Of a DNA stretch of 64,000 bases, positions 13,707-25,343 are shown piece after piece (position 1 is the first letter of the stretch; the number at the start of each line of letters is the position of its first letter). This DNA comes from TPA_inf: Saccharomyces. Lineage: Eukaryota. The stretch lies in NCBI GenBank assembly GCA_000146045.2, contig BK006944.2, positions 192,001 to 256,000 of the forward strand, written 5' to 3'. The position numbers and the translations under genes were made by a program. The notes beneath the pieces were generated by a model. It was not told where the DNA came from. It was given only the letters and a program-made list of their open reading frames with translations, and searched no databases.

Positions 13707-15749
13707 ATGTATTCTTGGAAGTCAAAGTTTAAGTTTGGAAAATCTAAAGAAGAAAAAGAAGCCAAACATAGTGGGTTTTTTCACTCCTCTAAAAAGGAAG
13801 AACAGCAGAATAATCAAGCAACTGCGGGGGAACATGATGCTTCAATTACTCGTTCATCTTTAGACAGGAAGGGCACGATAAATCCATCAAATTCATCAGT
13901 GGTCCCGGTTCGTGTTTCATACGATGCATCCTCATCGACCTCTACTGTACGAGATTCAAATGGTGGTAATTCAGAAAACACGAACTCATCTCAAAATTTA
14001 GATGAAACAGCAAATATTGGTTCTACAGGGACACCCAATGATGCCACCTCAAGTTCAGGAATGATGACTATCAAAGTATATAATGGTGATGACTTTATTT
14101 TACCTTTTCCGATTACCTCAAGCGAGCAAATATTGAATAAACTATTGGCCTCGGGTGTTCCACCGCCACATAAGGAGATTAGTAAAGAAGTAGATGCTTT
14201 AATTGCACAACTGTCCCGTGTTCAAATAAAGAACCAAGGTCCAGCTGATGAAGATTTGATCTCTAGCGAGTCAGCAGCAAAGTTCATCCCATCTACTATC
14301 ATGTTACCAGGGTCTTCGACCTTAAATCCCTTACTATATTTCACCATTGAATTTGATAATACAGTTGCAACTATTGAAGCAGAGTATGGTACGATCGCTA
14401 AACCTGGTTTCAATAAGATATCTACCTTTGATGTGACAAGGAAATTACCTTATTTAAAGATTGATGTATTTGCAAGAATTCCGTCCATTCTTTTGCCCTC
14501 GAAGACATGGCAACAGGAGATGGGTTTGCAAGACGAGAAGCTACAGACCATTTTTGATAAAATAAATTCCAATCAAGATATACATTTAGATTCTTTCCAT
14601 TTGCCCATCAACTTAAGTTTTGACTCTGCAGCTAGTATTAGACTATATAATCACCACTGGATCACATTGGATAATGGCTTGGGTAAGATCAATATTAGTA
14701 TTGATTATAAACCTTCCAGAAATAAACCTTTGTCCATCGATGATTTCGATCTTTTGAAAGTTATCGGTAAGGGTTCGTTTGGTAAAGTGATGCAAGTCAG
14801 AAAGAAAGATACACAAAAAGTATACGCTTTGAAGGCAATCAGAAAATCATACATTGTCTCTAAATCCGAAGTCACGCATACTTTGGCAGAAAGAACCGTT
14901 CTAGCACGTGTTGATTGTCCATTTATTGTACCTTTGAAGTTTTCTTTCCAATCACCGGAAAAATTATACTTTGTTTTAGCGTTTATCAATGGTGGTGAGT
15001 TGTTTTATCATCTACAAAAGGAAGGAAGGTTTGATTTATCACGTGCCAGATTTTATACCGCAGAATTGTTATGTGCGCTAGACAACTTGCATAAACTAGA
15101 TGTTGTCTATCGTGATTTGAAACCAGAGAATATTTTATTGGATTATCAAGGCCACATTGCCCTTTGTGATTTCGGGCTATGCAAATTGAATATGAAGGAT
15201 GATGATAAGACAGATACTTTTTGTGGGACCCCAGAATACTTGGCACCAGAACTATTGCTAGGTTTAGGCTATACAAAGGCAGTAGATTGGTGGACATTGG
15301 GAGTCTTGTTATACGAGATGCTCACAGGTCTTCCTCCTTATTATGATGAAGATGTTCCAAAAATGTATAAGAAGATTCTACAGGAGCCACTAGTTTTCCC
15401 AGATGGATTTGATAGAGATGCAAAGGATCTATTGATTGGATTATTGAGCCGTGATCCGACAAGAAGATTGGGCTACAATGGTGCCGACGAAATTCGGAAC
15501 CATCCTTTTTTCAGCCAATTATCATGGAAGCGCCTGTTGATGAAGGGTTATATTCCACCATATAAACCAGCTGTTAGTAATTCCATGGATACTAGTAATT
15601 TCGATGAGGAATTCACTAGGGAGAAGCCAATTGATAGTGTGGTAGATGAATACTTGAGTGAAAGTGTTCAAAAGCAATTTGGTGGCTGGACATACGTTGG
15701 AAATGAACAGCTAGGTAGCTCAATGGTGCAAGGTAGAAGCATTAGATAG
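13707..15749 (+). CDS. YPK1: AGC-family Ser/Thr kinase (SGK-like), 680 aa.
   Basis: ATG at 13707. Kinase motifs GKGSFGKV, YRDLKPEN, DFGLCK, GTPEYLAPE. C-terminal hydrophobic motif FGGWTY. Confidence 0.92.
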   Translation: MYSWKSKFKFGKSKEEKEAKHSGFFHSSKKEEQQNNQATAGEHDASITRSSLDRKGTINPSNSSVVPVRVSYDASSSTSTVRDSNGGNSENTNSSQNLDETANIGSTGTPNDATSSSGMMTIKVYNGDDFILPFPITSSEQILNKLLASGVPPPHKEISKEVDALIAQLSRVQIKNQGPADEDLISSESAAKFIPSTIMLPGSSTLNPLLYFTIEFDNTVATIEAEYGTIAKPGFNKISTFDVTRKLPYLKIDVFARIPSILLPSKTWQQEMGLQDEKLQTIFDKINSNQDIHLDSFHLPINLSFDSAASIRLYNHHWITLDNGLGKINISIDYKPSRNKPLSIDDFDLLKVIGKGSFGKVMQVRKKDTQKVYALKAIRKSYIVSKSEVTHTLAERTVLARVDCPFIVPLKFSFQSPEKLYFVLAFINGGELFYHLQKEGRFDLSRARFYTAELLCALDNLHKLDVVYRDLKPENILLDYQGHIALCDFGLCKLNMKDDDKTDTFCGTPEYLAPELLLGLGYTKAVDWWTLGVLLYEMLTGLPPYYDEDVPKMYKKILQEPLVFPDGFDRDAKDLLIGLLSRDPTRRLGYNGADEIRNHPFFSQLSWKRLLMKGYIPPYKPAVSNSMDTSNFDEEFTREKPIDSVVDEYLSESVQKQFGGWTYVGNEQLGSSMVQGRSIR

Positions 15750-16042
15750 ACTTAGTGAATACATTATCAACTAGTTTACTCATGACATACTTTATATAAA
15801 AAGAAAGGTTTTCTTTTCCGTTACTTACTGTGTTCAAGATGAAGCAACTGTACCAATGGCGCAATTTAAGTTCTAGGATTTATATTTCGAACGTGGGCAA
15901 TACTTCACACATGTGTGGCTTGTGTCTCATGGTCATAGCGTATTGCCTCAGCTTATTCTGATTAGATAAAGGATTTCCTCTCTTACCCTTCCGAGATCCG
16001 TGTCGATGGGGCGGCAGAAAATAAAAAAAAAAAAAGGTGTTG

Positions 16043-16050
16043 AAAATTTT
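16043..16050. promoter_or_regulatory. RRPE-like AAAATTTT element next to an A13 tract, about 200 bp upstream of RRN3.
   Basis: tgaaaattttc at 16041..16051, preceded by aaaaaaaaaaaaa at 16023..16035. Confidence 0.3.
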
Positions 16051-16246
16051 CTCCTTGTATAAAAGATATTTTGATGAGCATCTCTCGTTTGCAGTAGCTT
16101 CTCCTTTTAAAAATATAAAGGTTGTTTTAATCAGCGTTCGACTTTAAATTAACCCAAGACCCCATTGTTAAAATTCTTACCTTAACCACGAACGGATACA
16201 TTGTCTGGTAAAGAAATAACTTTTGTGCAAGACAACAGCTGACAAG

Positions 16247-18130
16247 ATGATGGCTTTTGAGAATACAAGTAAACGACCACCCCAGGACTTTGTAGCTCCT
16301 ATAGATCAAAAAAAAAGGAAGGTCCAGTTTTCCGATAGTACTGGCCTGGTAACCCTTCAACCAGAGGAGATAAAAGATGAAGTGTTTTCAGCGGCCATGT
16401 ATAGCAGGTTCGTGAAATCTGCCCTAGATGATCTGGATAAGAATGATTCAACCCAGATCGGCATAATTGCCAATCAAGTAGCGCTTCCGAGCAAGAATCC
16501 TGAAAGAATTAATGATAAGAATCTCAATATTCTTTTGGATATCTTATCTAGTAATATCAACAGGATAGAATCCTCCAGGGGAACTTTCCTCATACAATCT
16601 ATCATAAACTTTGAGAAGTGGTGGGAATTGCCTCCACACACTCTAAGTAAATATATATATTTCATCAAAATCCTTTGCTCGAGTATACCCAAATGGTGGC
16701 AAGACGTTTCGATGATACTGGTATCTTGTTTTATTTTACCAATCAAACAGACAGTGTGTCATCATGATATGCTTAAATATTTCTTAAGGATGATTCCCTC
16801 CTCGATGGGATTCATAGATACATATTTGGCCAAATTTTTCCCAAATAAAAATGATACTCGGAGAAAGTTGGTTAATTACACTTCAAATTTGCTGAAATTG
16901 AGAGGCTACTGCTCTGAGCTAGGATTCCAAATTTGGTCCTTACTGATAGAAAAGATTATTTCGATTGATGTCGAGTTACAAAATGAATTAGATGAATTAG
17001 ATGATGATGTAGATGACGATGATCTAGAGGAAGTTGATCTAGAGGATGACGACGATTTAGATGATGATTCAGGAGACGATGATGATGAAAATTGTGGGAA
17101 CAGTAATGAAGAGTTAAGGTCTGGAGCAGCCGACGGTAGTCAAAGTGATAGTGAAGATATGGACATCATTGAAGGTATGGACGGTACTGAAGAATATAAT
17201 GTGGAGTTGACGCAGGGAATCAAAGAACTTTCCACCAAATTGGACTCTATCTTAACTTTGGTAAGCACGCATGTGGAAGAGCAAGTGACGCCGGAGAGTT
17301 TAGAAAGCGGTGAAGGCGTAGGAGTCTTCAACACTCTAACAACATTATTTAAAACGCATGTTCTACCCACGTACTATACCAGGTCGATTCAATATATCAT
17401 GTTCCATGTTTCACAACAACAATTAGAACTAATGGATTCATTTTTAGTGACACTGATAGATATTTCGTTTGCCGTCAACGAAGCAGCAGAGAAGAAAATT
17501 AAGTCATTACAATATTTGGGGTCGTACATTGCGAGGGCCAAGAAACTATCCAGAACTCAAATTATTTTCGTTGCAAGCTATTTAACGTCCTGGTTGAATA
17601 GATACGTTATCGAAAGAGAAGAAGAAGTTGATCAACGTGGAGGTATGGAAAGGTTTAAACATTTCTATGCAGCATTTCAAGCACTTTGTTACATTTTCTG
17701 TTTCAGACATAACATCTTCAGAGATACAGATGGTAACTGGGAGTGTGAACTGGACAAATTCTTTCAAAGAATGGTCATTTCAAAATTTAACCCATTAAAG
17801 TTTTGTAATGAAAATGTCATGTTGATGTTTGCTCGTATTGCCCAACAAGAAAGCGTCGCGTACTGTTTCAGCATAATTGAAAATAACAACAATGAAAGAT
17901 TGAGGGGAATCATCGGCAAAGCTGATAGCGACAAGAAGGAAAATTCCGCACAAGCAAATACCACATCGTCTTCTTGGTCTTTAGCCACTCGACAACAATT
18001 TATTGACTTACAGAGTTACTTCCCATATGATCCTTTGTTTCTGAAAAACTATAAAATTTTAATGAAGGAATACTACATAGAGTGGAGTGAAGCAAGCGGG
18101 GAATATGAAAGTGATGGGTCGGATGACTAA
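16247..18130 (+). CDS. RRN3: RNA polymerase I initiation factor Rrn3, 627 aa.
   Basis: Track start 16223 is TTG. The first ATG at 16247 gives MMAFENTSKRPPQDF.... Long acidic D/E block ELDDDVDDDDLEEVDLEDDDD. Confidence 0.88.
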   Translation: MMAFENTSKRPPQDFVAPIDQKKRKVQFSDSTGLVTLQPEEIKDEVFSAAMYSRFVKSALDDLDKNDSTQIGIIANQVALPSKNPERINDKNLNILLDILSSNINRIESSRGTFLIQSIINFEKWWELPPHTLSKYIYFIKILCSSIPKWWQDVSMILVSCFILPIKQTVCHHDMLKYFLRMIPSSMGFIDTYLAKFFPNKNDTRRKLVNYTSNLLKLRGYCSELGFQIWSLLIEKIISIDVELQNELDELDDDVDDDDLEEVDLEDDDDLDDDSGDDDDENCGNSNEELRSGAADGSQSDSEDMDIIEGMDGTEEYNVELTQGIKELSTKLDSILTLVSTHVEEQVTPESLESGEGVGVFNTLTTLFKTHVLPTYYTRSIQYIMFHVSQQQLELMDSFLVTLIDISFAVNEAAEKKIKSLQYLGSYIARAKKLSRTQIIFVASYLTSWLNRYVIEREEEVDQRGGMERFKHFYAAFQALCYIFCFRHNIFRDTDGNWECELDKFFQRMVISKFNPLKFCNENVMLMFARIAQQESVAYCFSIIENNNNERLRGIIGKADSDKKENSAQANTTSSSWSLATRQQFIDLQSYFPYDPLFLKNYKILMKEYYIEWSEASGEYESDGSDD

Positions 18131-18592
18131 GGTCTTTTTTCATAGGTATCTTCGAGACATGCCCGTCACAAACTAATGATACACTGTAGTCACCCCATTA
18201 ATAGTTGAAATGAGGATATATAGCATAAATGCATTTAACACATTTTTTAGATTTCTAGATACTATAGAAACTTAGTATTTTTATTTTCCACAGTGTACTC
18301 TTCACGATATTTTGCATTTTAGAACGCTTGTTTGTTCTCGTCACTTACTACGTGCGCGCTTTACATTCGCAGGTCTACTTATTAAAGAGTTTCTGTGGGG
18401 AGGGGTTCCTGAGTCAAAATCTCAGCTATCCGAACAGCTTGTACTTAGATTACTTGGCACATATTTATATTCAGTAAAGTCAATAGTGGGTATTATTAAT
18501 CGAAATAAACAGAACAAGCAGTAATAGCTCTTTTTTCATCTATTTTATTTGTAACTAGGAAGAAGAAAAAAACTTGAAGGTATACAAGAGCA

Positions 18593-20332
18593 ATGTATGT
18601 CACTTTTAATGAGGCTTTGGATAGTTCTTTTGGTAATCTAGAGAGTCCGAATCATGACTTCAAAGTAGGTGACCCTAACATGGTACCAACTCCCCCTATG
18701 GATTCAGATTCTGCAGCAATTAGTTTGGCTTTCTTAATAAGTCTTTCTATTACGTTTGCAATATTAATGCTCATCTTGGTAGTAATAGCGGCATATGTCA
18801 CCTTTTGTGGTGATGATGAATCAGAATACGACGAAGAGAACGCCTTAGGTACACGAACTTCAGGAACTCTGCACTCTTTGTTTGGTAAAAAACATAGTGG
18901 CATCTTGTTGGATTCGAGTTTTGCATCCCCTGGCGGGTTTGATGATGAGATCGTTCTTCAGGAAAGAGAACTTGAAGAATTACCAAAGATGTCAGCGTAC
19001 GAGGTTGAGTTGTATATAAGAGCGAAAGAGTTTCAAATGATGAGCCCGCCAATGGTGAAGGACTTTGGCACGTATTTGGACAGTGACGACCAGCAGTTTA
19101 TTAAGGATCGTGGCATTCAAAGCTATTTTTTGCTACCAAGCATTAATGATAATATAGACGAATATGGAAACTTTCTACCCAGTTTTATTGTCCAGGATAA
19201 ACTAGATATTCAATTTTCAAAGTTCAATAAGAGCTCATCCACTGTAATGAACTATCCCCTACCTCACAATAGGAAGGACGCAGTGTATTTCGAAGTTAAA
19301 ATTTTCAGACATATTCAAAAGTCCAATAGTATATTCAGTATAGGTTTGACTACTGTACCATATCCTTATTTCAGGGTACCGGGCATGGCCAAATACTCCA
19401 TTGCATACGAATCCACAGGTAAACTGAGGATAAATAACCCCTTCACTGCCAGCACATTATTACCAAAATTGGAAGAAGGTGACACGGTAGGATTCGGTTA
19501 CAGATATAAAACAGGTACAATCTTCATTACACATAATGGGAAAAAATTAATGGATGTAACACAAAATATTGGCATTGATCTTTTCATTGGAATTGGCGCG
19601 TTTAATGCCGCATATACAAGAACATATACGAGGGATGGTCTATTGGAAGACCCGGATAATGTTAGCTTCCGTGAAGCTCTCTCTGAAGGCAAAGATATTG
19701 AAGTCGCCAAAGATCTTCAAAGAGTTCACGATCCACATGATGAAAGTGATGAAATGACGTCAGATGAGGTTGAATTACATGTTAATTTGGGCCAAGTTGG
19801 GTTCGTCTTTATAGAAGCCAATGTGAAAAAATATGCGTTTGGGAGTGTTTATGGCCAAATTGGAATTCCTCCTGCGTATAATGGAACCGAGATCAAGAAG
19901 GATACTATTTTACAGAAAGGAGAAGAATTGCCACCAAGATATGCTGACACTGATAATTTCTTTGGTAGTATGAAGGTAAAAGAAGGGTCATCCTCTAGGA
20001 TAACGGCGCAAACTAGTAAGCCCCTGTGGTCTGTTGGGACGTATGAAAGAATCTCTTCTAACTTTGACAGAGAAAATAATGTTTACCACGACAGTCTTGA
20101 AACCGACGATAACAACACCGATAACAATGTTAATAACAACGATGAGAACGCTGGTTGCAATGAAAATTCGCCATTATTGGAAGATGATGGCAATAAAAGA
20201 CCGGAAAATTCAAATACCCCCCGTGAAGTATCAGATGGAGCTATCAATAAGAACCCTAGAAATAAATCTACTAAAAAACGTCAAAGAAACAGAGGCAAAT
20301 CTTCTAAAAAGAAGAACAGATCGAGAAAATAA
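18593..20332 (+). CDS. SSH4: SPRY-domain membrane protein, 579 aa.
   Basis: ATG at 18593. N-terminal hydrophobic segment AISLAFLISLSITFAILMLILVVIAAYV. K/R/N-rich C-terminus. Confidence 0.8.
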   Translation: MYVTFNEALDSSFGNLESPNHDFKVGDPNMVPTPPMDSDSAAISLAFLISLSITFAILMLILVVIAAYVTFCGDDESEYDEENALGTRTSGTLHSLFGKKHSGILLDSSFASPGGFDDEIVLQERELEELPKMSAYEVELYIRAKEFQMMSPPMVKDFGTYLDSDDQQFIKDRGIQSYFLLPSINDNIDEYGNFLPSFIVQDKLDIQFSKFNKSSSTVMNYPLPHNRKDAVYFEVKIFRHIQKSNSIFSIGLTTVPYPYFRVPGMAKYSIAYESTGKLRINNPFTASTLLPKLEEGDTVGFGYRYKTGTIFITHNGKKLMDVTQNIGIDLFIGIGAFNAAYTRTYTRDGLLEDPDNVSFREALSEGKDIEVAKDLQRVHDPHDESDEMTSDEVELHVNLGQVGFVFIEANVKKYAFGSVYGQIGIPPAYNGTEIKKDTILQKGEELPPRYADTDNFFGSMKVKEGSSSRITAQTSKPLWSVGTYERISSNFDRENNVYHDSLETDDNNTDNNVNNNDENAGCNENSPLLEDDGNKRPENSNTPREVSDGAINKNPRNKSTKKRQRNRGKSSKKKNRSRK

Positions 20333-20494
20333 GAGACATTATGAATTTGGTTTTTTTTACAATTTACGCATACACAATATATACATTCCTACTAGCTTTT
20401 TTTTCTTCAATTCGATAGTTTAGATGGGTTTATATCTAAATATATATATATAGTATTTTATTTCATATTCAATCTCCTAGTATACATGAAATAT

Positions 20495-20998
20495 TTAACG
20501 CTTTTTTTTGCCCTTGTTTTTATTTTTTTTCTTTTTTGAAGCTGCAGAGTTACCATTGTTATTTTGCACAGCATTAGCTTTTTGCTTCGGTTCTGTAGCA
20601 GTTTTCTTAGCCGCAGGATCGCTCTTTTCGACATCTGTGTTGACAATTAAGGTGGCTAAACCAACAATGTCTTGGATGCTCTTACCTTTTATTTTTTTAC
20701 TCGATTCTTTTATTTTGTTATTTTTCTTCTTCGACTGTGCTATTTTTTCAATTTTACCTGGAGTTATAGATACGCCTCGTGGGCCTAATGCACTAAGTAA
20801 TCTTGAAACATCTTTACTCTTATTAGTAGTAAATTTATAGTTCAAGGATAAATGCGAGTTATGAGTTCTAAAGGACACTTTGGTGTCTGTCTTCTGTGTT
20901 GGTGGTTTATACGATATGGAGAAGAGCGTTTGAGATGGATTCACCTCAAAAAGGCGAACACTGTTCGTGATGTAGTTGTCAATGGGTTTCACAGACAT
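20495..20998 (-). CDS. SRP21: Signal recognition particle subunit, 167 aa.
   Basis: Track start 21076 is TTG. The first ATG (CAT 20996..20998) gives MSVKPIDNYITNSVRLFEVNP..., 167 aa with a lysine-rich C-terminus. Confidence 0.85.
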   Translation of the reverse strand: MSVKPIDNYITNSVRLFEVNPSQTLFSISYKPPTQKTDTKVSFRTHNSHLSLNYKFTTNKSKDVSRLLSALGPRGVSITPGKIEKIAQSKKKNNKIKESSKKIKGKSIQDIVGLATLIVNTDVEKSDPAAKKTATEPKQKANAVQNNNGNSAASKKKKNKNKGKKKR

Positions 20999-22141
20999 GT
21001 TTTCCAGTTCAATTAGGTCTGTTAATTTGCTCGCGGAGGGAAGCTCTTTTATTTGGGTCAATCGAAGACAGCACAATTGAAACTTTTAGCATTGTTCTCG
21101 CGAAAATAGTCAGTTCTTAACTTTTCAAGAGTGGTGCGGCTTACCCTGCCTTCTGCCATAAGTAAAAAGTGACGCAAATAGCGGAACTATTGTCATTGTT
21201 ATTGACATTAATAATCTGTATTTGTGCTCATCCGGTTCCATTTACTAGTATGCAGACGTATCTTTTTCAGCTGGACGAATTGAGGCTTTCATTAGCTAGT
21301 GTGGTAATGACAAACTCTTTGCACTGAGAAAATACTGGGGTGAGGAAACTTTTCTACCGAATTGCTTCCACATCTATCAAAGCATGATTATCAAGTATTC
21401 AAAGATCAAAGCATGATGTTTGCAAATAATAAATGTTCAGGCGTCATTTAATGTTGATAATGGTGTACGGGAAGTGACTTGTAAAAGGTAGGGGAAACCG
21501 TCAGTCTATCACTAGTGGTGTATCTGATGGAAGTGCCCTTTTATATTTTTTGCCGTACACAGGTAAAGAAATGAAAGTACTAATTATCCCCCATACTCTT
21601 TGTTTCTCTTGTGTTGTTTATGATCAATCCTTCTAATTTAATCATTCAATAACTAAATATTTAAAAAGATGTAATTGCCGCAAAAAAAACTCTCAATTAT
21701 TTACTATTTTGAAACAGTCTCTCAGATAGTATGCGCCATATTGGTGTGATGATTCCTGTGAAAGCATTTTTGGGTTTGTTTAGGTGCCTTCTTTTCTTTA
21801 TTTAGCATAACCGCCAATACGGAATGAAAAGTCCGTTTTAATGTACCGCTAATAATTCAAAATGCGTAAAAGAGTTTTCATAAAAAGGGTATTTGCGTCA
21901 AGCAGGAAGAAATTTTGAAAACAACTAACAGGCAACTTACAGGCATATACTGACTTTAGTAAACGTCTTCCGCTATTCTAAGAAGGAGCTGACTTGAACA
22001 AGATCTTTATTTTAACGGTGCGACAAAAACAAGGAAAGTTTACAAGCGCTAGCCGTCGAAGACGTCAATTGCACTATTACTCAGTACCGTTTTAATCCTT
22101 ACCAACGTAGAATTACTATTTGTGCAGTAGGAGCCTGTGAA

Positions 22142-24700
22142 ATGTTCAAGTCGAAAACAAGCACTTTAAGCTATGATGAAACCCCGAACTCCAACGAGGG
22201 TGATCGCAATGCAACCCCTGTAAATCCCAAAGAAAAGAGCCAAACGAAACATTTGAACATACCAGGCGACAGGAGCCGACATTCCTCTATTGCAGATTCA
22301 AAAAGAAGCTCTTCTAGATATGATGGAGGCTACTCTGCCGATATAATTCCTGCTCAATTAAGGTTCATTGATAATATAGACTACGGCACGAGGCTGAGAA
22401 AAACACTTCACAGAAACTCAGTGGTTTCAAATGGGTACAATAAACTCAGTGAGAATGACCGATGGTATTTCGACCTATTCGATAGGAAATATTTCGAAAA
22501 CTATCTCGAAGAACCCACATATATTAAAATATTTAAAAAAAAGGAAGGATTAGAACAGTTTGATAGAATGTTCTTAGCTCAAGAGTTGAAAATTCCCGAC
22601 GTTTACAAATCTACAACCTACCAGGGAGAACCTGCAGTTGCTAATTCAGAGCTATTCAAGAATTCAATATGCTGCTGTACGTTCAGTCATGATGGTAAGT
22701 ATATGGTTATTGGTTGTAAAGATGGCTCTTTGCATCTTTGGAAAGTCATAAACTCACCAGTTAAGAGATCCGAAATGGGACGCTCAGAAAAGTCAGTCAG
22801 TGCCTCTAGAGCAAACTCACTAAAGATTCAAAGACATTTGGCGAGCATTAGTTCTCATAACGGCTCCATATCAAGTAATGATTTGAAGCCGAGCGACCAG
22901 TTTGAAGGACCTTCCAAACAATTACATTTATACGCACCGGTTTTCTATTCTGATGTGTTTAGGGTTTTTATGGAGCACGCTTTAGATATTTTGGATGCAA
23001 ACTGGTCCAAAAATGGATTTCTAATAACAGCATCAATGGACAAAACTGCAAAACTATGGCACCCTGAGAGGAAATACTCATTGAAAACTTTTGTTCACCC
23101 AGATTTTGTTACATCCGCAATATTTTTTCCCAATGATGATCGTTTCATAATTACCGGATGCTTAGATCACAGGTGTAGACTGTGGTCTATACTGGACAAT
23201 GAGGTTTCTTATGCCTTTGATTGCAAAGATTTGATAACATCCCTAACATTATCTCCTCCTGGTGGGGAATATACAATTATCGGTACATTCAATGGATACA
23301 TTTATGTTTTACTGACACATGGATTAAAATTTGTATCTTCATTCCATGTATCTGATAAAAGCACTCAAGGAACCACTAAGAATAGCTTTCATCCATCTTC
23401 CGAATATGGAAAGGTCCAACACGGCCCTCGAATCACGGGTTTACAATGCTTCTTTTCTAAGGTGGACAAAAATTTAAGATTGATAGTTACGACAAATGAT
23501 TCAAAAATTCAAATCTTTGATTTAAATGAAAAAAAACCTTTAGAGCTTTTTAAAGGATTCCAAAGTGGTTCCTCACGTCATAGAGGCCAATTCCTAATGA
23601 TGAAAAATGAACCTGTAGTTTTCACGGGAAGTGATGATCATTGGTTTTATACCTGGAAAATGCAGTCCTTTAATCTTTCAGCAGAAATGAATTGCACTGC
23701 TCCGCATAGAAAGAAACGGCTGAGCGGCAGTATGAGTTTAAAAGGGCTGTTGAGAATTGTATCTAATAAGAGTACGAATGATGAATGTTTGACAGAAACG
23801 TCAAACCAAAGCAGCTCACACACATTTACCAACTCATCAAAAAATGTTCTTCAAACTCAAACTGTTGGTTCTCAAGCTATCAAAAACAATCATTATATAT
23901 CATTTCATGCCCATAACTCCCCTGTCACATGTGCTTCCATTGCTCCCGACGTTGCAATTAAAAATTTGTCCTTGTCAAACGATTTGATTTTCGAACTGAC
24001 TTCACAGTACTTCAAAGAAATGGGCCAAAATTATTCAGAATCTAAGGAAACATGTGATAACAAACCTAATCACCCAGTTACAGAAACAGGAGGATTCAGC
24101 TCAAACCTATCGAACGTTGTGAATAATGTTGGAACCATTCTAATAACAACAGACAGTCAAGGTCTAATCCGTGTTTTCAGAACTGATATCTTACCGGAAA
24201 TACGAAAAAAAATAATAGAAAAGTTCCATGAATACAATTTATTCCACCTCGAAGCTGCTGGTAAAATCAACAACCACAACAATGACAGCATATTGGAAAA
24301 TAGAATGGATGAAAGAAGTTCCACAGAGGATAATGAGTTTAGCACAACCCCACCATCTAACACGCACAATAGTAGGCCAAGCCACGATTTTTGTGAGCTG
24401 CATCCTAATAATAGCCCGGTGATTTCCGGCATGCCATCAAGAGCTAGTGCTATTTTCAAGAATTCGATCTTTAATAAATCCAATGGAAGTTTTATATCCC
24501 TAAAGTCAAGAAGTGAAAGTACGAGCTCCACGGTGTTTGGACCGCATGATATTCCGAGAGTTTCTACCACTTATCCGAAGTTGAAATGTGACGTCTGCAA
24601 TGGATCTAATTTTGAATGTGCTTCCAAAAACCCCATTGCTGGCGGTGATAGCGGTTTCACGTGTGCTGATTGTGGTACAATCCTCAATAATTTCAGATAG
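22142..24700 (+). CDS. DGR2: WD40-repeat protein, 852 aa.
   Basis: ATG at 22142. WD-like repeats (LHLW, KLWH, RLWS). C-terminal Cys cluster CDVCNGS...CADCG. Confidence 0.75.
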   Translation: MFKSKTSTLSYDETPNSNEGDRNATPVNPKEKSQTKHLNIPGDRSRHSSIADSKRSSSRYDGGYSADIIPAQLRFIDNIDYGTRLRKTLHRNSVVSNGYNKLSENDRWYFDLFDRKYFENYLEEPTYIKIFKKKEGLEQFDRMFLAQELKIPDVYKSTTYQGEPAVANSELFKNSICCCTFSHDGKYMVIGCKDGSLHLWKVINSPVKRSEMGRSEKSVSASRANSLKIQRHLASISSHNGSISSNDLKPSDQFEGPSKQLHLYAPVFYSDVFRVFMEHALDILDANWSKNGFLITASMDKTAKLWHPERKYSLKTFVHPDFVTSAIFFPNDDRFIITGCLDHRCRLWSILDNEVSYAFDCKDLITSLTLSPPGGEYTIIGTFNGYIYVLLTHGLKFVSSFHVSDKSTQGTTKNSFHPSSEYGKVQHGPRITGLQCFFSKVDKNLRLIVTTNDSKIQIFDLNEKKPLELFKGFQSGSSRHRGQFLMMKNEPVVFTGSDDHWFYTWKMQSFNLSAEMNCTAPHRKKRLSGSMSLKGLLRIVSNKSTNDECLTETSNQSSSHTFTNSSKNVLQTQTVGSQAIKNNHYISFHAHNSPVTCASIAPDVAIKNLSLSNDLIFELTSQYFKEMGQNYSESKETCDNKPNHPVTETGGFSSNLSNVVNNVGTILITTDSQGLIRVFRTDILPEIRKKIIEKFHEYNLFHLEAAGKINNHNNDSILENRMDERSSTEDNEFSTTPPSNTHNSRPSHDFCELHPNNSPVISGMPSRASAIFKNSIFNKSNGSFISLKSRSESTSSTVFGPHDIPRVSTTYPKLKCDVCNGSNFECASKNPIAGGDSGFTCADCGTILNNFR

Positions 24701-25343
24701 AGAATCAGAAAGTAAGAGGAAAAACTATCTGTTCCACCGTCTTTAGATCATAAGCATGTCTGCAAATAACATAGTATTATTATTTATATCTGTAGCGATC
24801 TTTATTATTTTTCATTACTGACACATTTTCTCACAGAACCATCTACAACCCGAAAGATGCCGGAAACGGTCTTAGGCCGATGGGGTCTATTAGGGCCTAC
24901 AGAGACGTCAATTGGGCTATAAGAAAAATGAAATCGAGGAAAGATTTTCCACTCTCAAATTAAGTAGGGCAAAAATATGCTTTTGTTCGCATGTGGTGTT
25001 ATTCCAGTTGCGAGTCAGGGTCTGCCGATATGCTAAAGGAGGTCACGAAAACGAATCTGGCATTTAATACCTCATTAAGTTACAGCGGAATCGGCCTTCT
25101 GTTGCGGAAAAAAAAAAAAAAAAGAAAACGAACATTAAGCACCGCTGAAATTTCAAGCTGTGACTAAGTCGTCAAATGATAAATACTGCATATATATAAA
25201 CTATGTGATTATATGCAACATTAAGATATACTTTCTTCTTCCATAATGCCCCCACTCCAGAACTCCATCCGAAATAGTTTTCCTTAGATTGCTATAGCAA
25301 GTCAGACACAAGCACATCTCATCGAATTATATCGTAAGCAAAT

